Sequence record: OR192075.1
Origin: Escherichia phage MIZ6
DNA: 64,000 bases
Reading direction: 5' to 3' (one strand)
Every line of letters begins with the position of its first letter. Positions within the stretch are counted from its first letter, which is position 1. The notes under the pieces are model-generated. The model was given only the letters and a program-made list of their open reading frames with translations. It was not told the DNA's origin and searched no databases. Shown one piece after another: positions 61,163 to 64,000 of the stretch. The translations under genes were made by a program, and so were the position numbers.

Positions 61163-62233
61163 TTATGCTAACATATCTTCGATTTCTTTGTCAACTGCTT
61201 CGTCGCTGATCACTTGCCCCAGCTTATAATGATCGTTGATTGCTTCGTTAAACTTATCGTTTGTCAGAAGTGGTTTCCAGAACTCAATGCTATTGGTTTC
61301 TTTAGCACGGAACTTGCGTTCTTCGGTTTCCATCTCTCCGGTCTCGGTATTTAGGATTGAACGAGAATACCAGCCGTTTGACGGTTTCACTACCCAGCCT
61401 AACTCTACAGCCAATTCCAGCAAGCCGGAATAAGGATCGATGCCACCGCTAAATGTTACGCTAATCGGGAACTTCGATTTTTCTTTAACGGTTCGCGATT
61501 TTTCCGCATTCAGGATAAAATCATAACCAGTAATTTCGGTTCCTTCTTTCTGCTGACGACGACCAATAATGAAAACTTCATTGGCTGAATACATCGCGCC
61601 CGTACCGCCGGACATAACGGTTTTACTAAACATTTCTTGCGTTTCGTAAGTGTGGTTAATAGCGATGCACGGGATATCATTCATAGTCAGATACGGCGTA
61701 ACCATACGGAACAAGCCTTTAAGTGCTTTAGCTCGCGTCATATCCTGTGCGGATTTCTCATTAATCGCGTCTTCAACTTCTTTTTTACTTGCTAAGTTAC
61801 CGATTGAGTCAATAAAGATGATCACTTTATCTTCACGGGTAATTTGCTCAAGCTGGTTCATGATTTCAAATTTAAGTTCTTCGATGTTCTTGATCGGAAC
61901 ATGCACCACGCGATCAGGATCTACACCCATAGATTCAAGATAAGCGGATGTAATACCGAACTCAGAATCAAAGAACAAACACGCCGCATCAGGATTCTGT
62001 TTCATGTATGCACTAACGCAAGTTAATCCCATGTTTGATTTAAAGTGCTTAGACGGACCAGCAAAGAAAATCAGACCAGATTGAAAGCCTTTTTTAAGAT
62101 CACCTGAAAACGCAATATTCAGCATCGGGATCTTAGTGCGAGTATTTGTTTTTTCGTTAAAGAAGCTGGATTTAGACAGTACCGCAGTAGTTTTCAGGGT
62201 AGAGTTCTTTTTCAGTTTTTCCAGTACAGACAT
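61163..62233 (-). CDS. uvsX: recombinase UvsX (RecA-like)
   Basis: near-colinear with T4 UvsX (GPSKHFKSN Walker A, PCIAINHTYETQEMFSKTVM.GGTG). Confidence 0.94.
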   Translation of the reverse strand: MSVLEKLKKNSTLKTTAVLSKSSFFNEKTNTRTKIPMLNIAFSGDLKKGFQSGLIFFAGPSKHFKSNMGLTCVSAYMKQNPDAACLFFDSEFGITSAYLESMGVDPDRVVHVPIKNIEELKFEIMNQLEQITREDKVIIFIDSIGNLASKKEVEDAINEKSAQDMTRAKALKGLFRMVTPYLTMNDIPCIAINHTYETQEMFSKTVMSGGTGAMYSANEVFIIGRRQQKEGTEITGYDFILNAEKSRTVKEKSKFPISVTFSGGIDPYSGLLELAVELGWVVKPSNGWYSRSILNTETGEMETEERKFRAKETNSIEFWKPLLTNDKFNEAINDHYKLGQVISDEAVDKEIEDMLA

Positions 62234-62244
62234 TATTAATACCT

Positions 62245-62472
62245 CTATTCAGTTAATCCGTAATACTTTAATTGCTTCATTGTTATTCGATCTTTGTAGT
62301 GCTCTTGAATTAACTTTTTCATCGCATCAACATCGATCGTCACAAATACTTCGTTGCTGTGATTTCCGTGAACTTTCTTGAAATGCTCTATGCCTTCCTC
62401 ACGTTCACGTTTAATCTTTTCAATGTCTCTCATAATATATTTCTCACGTTGGCGGGTATCGTCACCCAACAC
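62245..62472 (-). CDS. small hypothetical protein (probably starts at ATG 62433)
   Basis: RBS GTGAGAAAT before internal ATG. Confidence 0.45.
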   Translation of the reverse strand: MLGDDTRQREKYIMRDIEKIKREREEGIEHFKKVHGNHSNEVFVTIDVDAMKKLIQEHYKDRITMKQLKYYGLTE

Positions 62473-62494
62473 CCGCCATTATACACACTTTATC

Positions 62495-64000
62495 TTAAAT
62501 GTCAAACAGGTCCGTAAGCGATGCCACCTTTTCATATTGCAGCTTTGCAGCCGTGGTAATGTTCTCCAGTGGTTTGACGAAAGTCTTATTAAACAACAAA
62601 GGCCAGTCTAACCACTTCAACACTTCTGATTCAATTTCTGGCGGAATACGAGTACCAGACAACCAACCAAAACAGATTTCTCCAAACGGATTTCGATCTT
62701 TAAGCGGTACAATCATAACCTTCTCGCCTTCACGAATCGGATCTAGTCCGAATTTTCGAGCATTACGATTATAACACAATACACTCTTAACCGCATACGG
62801 ACAACCCTTAATCGGATACCCGTTTGAATCGCTGTATTTCTGTAGGTTGTTTGCCGATGATACCGCAGCAACCTCAAGATAGTCAAGTTTTCTAAACTCT
62901 TGCTCAAAAATACCGTAGTATTCCTGCAATGACTCTTCCCCTTCCTGCAACATACGGCGAATACATTCTTTCAGTGATTTCTGACATGCTTTAGGGGTAG
63001 AGCTACGTTGCGTTTCCAATCCCATGATTTTTAGCTTAGGTTCAGCAAAGCGCGTTCCTTCCATATCCCAAACATTAAGAGCATAACGCTTTTTACCAGT
63101 CCAGAATCCACCGATACCCGCAGATTTCAACGGAGGACCAGCAATTGCCTCACGGTCCATAAACATCAAGTGCTCATAGTTATTCATGTACTCGCATAAC
63201 TCGCGATATCCCTTGTCGATAATAGGTTCCATTCGATGTTTACCGAAATTATCAAGGAAGTCAACAAGTTTTTCGGTATCGTCGAAACGGTCTTCCCCGC
63301 CAACCTTATCAATAACATTGTTAACCAGCACATAAACGGAGTCAGTATCACAATAACGAACATATGCAAAATCGGTTGTTCCGCAAAGCTCGTTTAAGTA
63401 TTCGTTAATCTTACGCTCAATCCACTGAATTGCAAGCTGACCAAACAAGGTGATCGCACTAGCGTTACGGAGATCATAAAAACGGAATTTAGGATTCCCC
63501 AACGCACCATAAAGGGAGTTGATCAAAACTTTACGAGAAAGCTGGTTTGTATTGCACAAGATCGACTCGTCTTTACATTCTTCCAGCAATTTCTCTAAGG
63601 CATCTTTACTTAATTCAGAAAGCATCGATTTAAACGCTTCATCAAAGTCGTGACGCACTTCAACGCTATAGCTAATGGTTCCCCCATAAACATGATTTTC
63701 ATCGTGTAGAATCGCTTTACATAGTTCAGCATTGCGATCACATGCCAACATCATGTTTTTGTACTGCTTGCGCTGGTCGAATACCTTTTTAATCTCAATC
63801 GGTACGATACCATGAATATCTTTTCGATACATCCACCCGTTAGGCGAGCAAGAATACTCATCACTCGGACGTGGTGCAGTTTTATTGATATACTCGTGCA
63901 TCGGTGCAGCATCAAAAGATCCAGCGATTGTTTCAGGCGAAATATTAACCTGTCGAATAATAGATGGATACAGACTTGTCAAGTCAAAGCTCATCATCCA
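62495..64000 (-). CDS. 43: DNA polymerase family B (T4 gp43-like), C-terminal part; 5' end beyond window
   Basis: motif A DLTSLYPSII; frame open to window end. Confidence 0.9.
   Translation of the reverse strand, partial: WMMSFDLTSLYPSIIRQVNISPETIAGSFDAAPMHEYINKTAPRPSDEYSCSPNGWMYRKDIHGIVPIEIKKVFDQRKQYKNMMLACDRNAELCKAILHDENHVYGGTISYSVEVRHDFDEAFKSMLSELSKDALEKLLEECKDESILCNTNQLSRKVLINSLYGALGNPKFRFYDLRNASAITLFGQLAIQWIERKINEYLNELCGTTDFAYVRYCDTDSVYVLVNNVIDKVGGEDRFDDTEKLVDFLDNFGKHRMEPIIDKGYRELCEYMNNYEHLMFMDREAIAGPPLKSAGIGGFWTGKKRYALNVWDMEGTRFAEPKLKIMGLETQRSSTPKACQKSLKECIRRMLQEGEESLQEYYGIFEQEFRKLDYLEVAAVSSANNLQKYSDSNGYPIKGCPYAVKSVLCYNRNARKFGLDPIREGEKVMIVPLKDRNPFGEICFGWLSGTRIPPEIESEVLKWLDWPLLFNKTFVKPLENITTAAKLQYEKVASLTDLFDI

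Noticed and set aside
1-64000. CRISPR array or prophage integration features
   Set aside because: No spacer-separated direct repeats, integrase or att-like sites; the repeats present are promoter and terminator cassettes

Overview
This window is a segment of a T4-like myovirus genome (Straboviridae / Tevenvirinae-type), read from strong gene-order and protein-motif agreement with phage T4. Most genes are early/middle genes on the minus strand in T4 order: gene 43 DNA polymerase (partial, window end), uvsX, 40-like, 41 helicase, 61 primase, 56 dCTPase, dda, dexA, topoisomerase II large subunit, rIIA, rIIB, 52, a block of small ORFs, then on the plus strand the late lysis/tail-fibre genes (holin t, 37, 36, 35, 34), then minus again rnh, dsbA-like, 33-like, 59, 32, frd, td, nrdA, nrdB, denA, rnlA, spanin-like pair, pseT, cd, 31, 30 DNA ligase. 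The first ~6.3 kb is a dense block of small early ORFs, each behind a near-identical sigma70-type promoter/5'UTR cassette, and containing several paralog families. No tRNA, rRNA or CRISPR array was seen. Best candidates for undescribed biology: a six-copy small-protein family with a His-x-His-Trp motif, palindrome-bearing promoter cassettes, and several anti-defence-like accessory genes (NADAR, DUF2829/Tad2-like, CYTH-like, ADP-ribosyltransferase-like, secreted LprI-like protein). All functional calls come from reading the translations against remembered family motifs and T4 sequences; no database search was run. Coordinates of ORFs shorter than 60 aa were hand-derived and may be off by a few bases.
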